Below the pieces are notes generated by a model that was given only the letters and a program-made list of their open reading frames with translations, ran no database searches and had not been told where the DNA came from. This document shows, piece after piece, positions 62,161 to 64,000 of a DNA stretch of 64,000 nt; within the stretch, counting starts at the first letter, position 1; each line of letters starts with the position of its first letter. Location: assembly GCF_001194135.2 (NCBI RefSeq), contig NC_068987.1, positions 105,205,378 through 105,269,377 of the forward strand, read 5' to 3'. The position numbers and the translations under genes are program-made. This DNA comes from Octopus bimaculoides. Lineage: Eukaryota.

Positions 62161-64000
62161 GAAACCTGTCTAAGTAAATTAATAATGATCATTTCGTTAG
62201 ATTGTCAAATTGGCTAATAATGCCAAGATGGGAAATATCGTATTAAAAAAAAAAAAGGTGTCCAATGAACTTAAAATTTATGTTGGGTTTTTGTGGGATG
62301 TGACCTAGAATATTTGTACAACAGCTAAAACCAACTTTTGTAGACGTAGTCACCCATTTACAGAGAGTATAACAGATACTGTTTGCAACAATGGATATGT
62401 AGTACTCTCGCAGTTGTGTTTCTTATGTGTAGTGGCTATGTTTTGACGCAGTTGAACGAAAGAAATTTAGTAACGTTTTTTTCCCTGGATCTGAAGGTCT
62501 CTGTTTATCAGAGCAGGAAGTATTTAGCTTAAAGAGTTTTATCATCTGCATAAGTAAGTTAATGACGATCATTTCGTTAGATTGCCAAATTAGCTCACAA
62601 TGTCAAGATCGGGTTATATTGTATAAAATATGTCCAATGAACTTAAAATTTCTGAGGTGGTTATTAAAACTAGAAGAGTGGAATGAAACCAAACTGGCCT
62701 CAGTCATAGAGCAAGGGAGTTAACTTGTGTTTGCTGAGTTTATGTGGTTGGAGGTGAGTATAATTATGTTATTAATTTCAATGCTGCTATATTTATATTA
62801 CTTCGTTTTCCATGCTTATATTTTTGTTTTGAAAATTATTAGTACCTTTTGGAAAATGTAATTAAAATTATATTCTAATTTTATGTATGATTTCTGATAA
62901 TCTGAACGACAATTTTACCTAAAGGAATATATTTTGAACTTGGCGCCTTTAAAACCACGTGTATTTTCGAGGAGTTAATTAATTAAATCTTTCGTTTTCT
63001 ATTCATTTTGAGGATTATCTTTGACGAGAGGATTATATTTTCCCTTTGTTTATGCGTAATCAATATGAATTTTTCTCTGTGTAATGTGTGTATTCCTTTG
63101 GATCATCATCGAAAGACGTTTTATTTTGTACGGTCGAAAGTATTACGTATGGTTTGTAAGTCTGTAAGCTTGGTAAACTAAGAACTTATTTGGGACAAGA
63201 AATATAGAGCCAGTTGAGTTAAAAATTACATTTGGGACAAGAAATATAGAGCCAGTTGAGTTAAAAATTACATTTGGGACAGGAAATATAGAGCCAGTTG
63301 AGTTAAAAATTACATNNNNNNNNNNAAAATTACATTTGGGACAGGAAATATAGAGCCAGTTGAGTTAAAAATTACATTTGGGACAAGAAATATAGAGCCA
63401 GTTGAGTTAATTAAAACTGAATAACATTGAAACACTTAAAAATTACATTACGTGGGAAAATCATGTGGAATATGCTTTGGAAAGTAGGATTTCCACATGA
63501 TATATTCGAATACTTAGATTACAAAACAAACTTGTTTTGTTTATCTTATTTCGAATATCTAACACTTACAAAGGCTCACCGAGGTAATAAATATGTAAAC
63601 GTGGAATTGTTGCACAATTACATGCATTCTGAACATAAAGAGTTGTATCATCCGTAAATTGCAGATGCTTTATTTTACGACCGTGAACTCAAAAGAAAAC
63701 GTCTTGGAACTGTTTCTGCTCTAGGCACAAGGTCTGAAATCTTGACGAAGCTGTTAGTCGACGTCAACTCCAGTGCTTAATGGTTACTTATTTTTATCGA
63801 CCTCCAAAAGATGAAAAGCTAAGTCGACCTCGGTGGGTTTCGAACTGACATTGTAAAGAATCGGAAGAAACGTCTTTGAGCATTTTGCCGGCGCGCTAAC
63901 GATTCTGCAAGCTTGCCTCTTTGAGTGCTGTCTGTAATAATGTCTAAGCTCATTTACTTTATCCAATCTTGTCTTTTACTGCTCATTAGTCTGACCAAAC
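62150..64000. promoter_or_regulatory. Second CpG-retaining region (possible promoter of a neighbouring gene)
   Basis: Visibly more CG dinucleotides; the SINE B copy at 63720-63921 keeps most of its CpGs. Confidence 0.3.
63188..63408. repeat. 42-bp minisatellite, at least 5 units, spanning a 10-N gap
   Basis: Unit ATTTGGGACA(A/G)GAAATATAGAGCCAGTTGAGTTAAAAATTAC at 63188, 63230, 63272 and onwards; no spacers. Confidence 0.95.

Noticed and set aside
63188-63408. CRISPR-like array
   Set aside because: The units are contiguous with no unique spacers, there are no cas genes, and the context is eukaryotic.

Overview
AT-rich, repeat-dense animal genomic DNA with several N gaps. The SINE/LINE families and microsatellite density suggest an octopus or other coleoid cephalopod (inference from recall, not from a search). 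The one confident protein-coding gene is an egghead/bre-3-type beta-1,4-mannosyltransferase (GT2) on the + strand. Its CDS probably joins a short upstream exon (ATG 48820-48856) to a 1463-nt terminal exon (51035-52497), giving 499 aa rather than the 467 aa in the ORF track. A CpG-retaining, repeat-poor island at about 23-26.4 kb may be a bidirectional promoter for egh and for a tentative minus-strand gene built from small exons. The rest is mostly transposon debris: a TIR/TSD-complete hAT (Charlie/Buster) element, a TIR/TSD-complete Chapaev3-like element (RAG1/Transib-related), maT DD37D and Tc1 remnants, a Helitron fragment, hAT, piggyBac and Tigger MITEs, RTE and CR1/L2 LINE pieces, and many modular tRNA-derived SINEs. 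The most interesting signal is a set of minimal type I hammerhead ribozyme motifs with a palindromic helix III in two repeat families. One sits in the 3' half of a tRNA-headed SINE (34725-34969), suggesting a Pol III SINE with a Penelope-type ribozyme tail. No rRNA, true tRNA gene or CRISPR array is supported.
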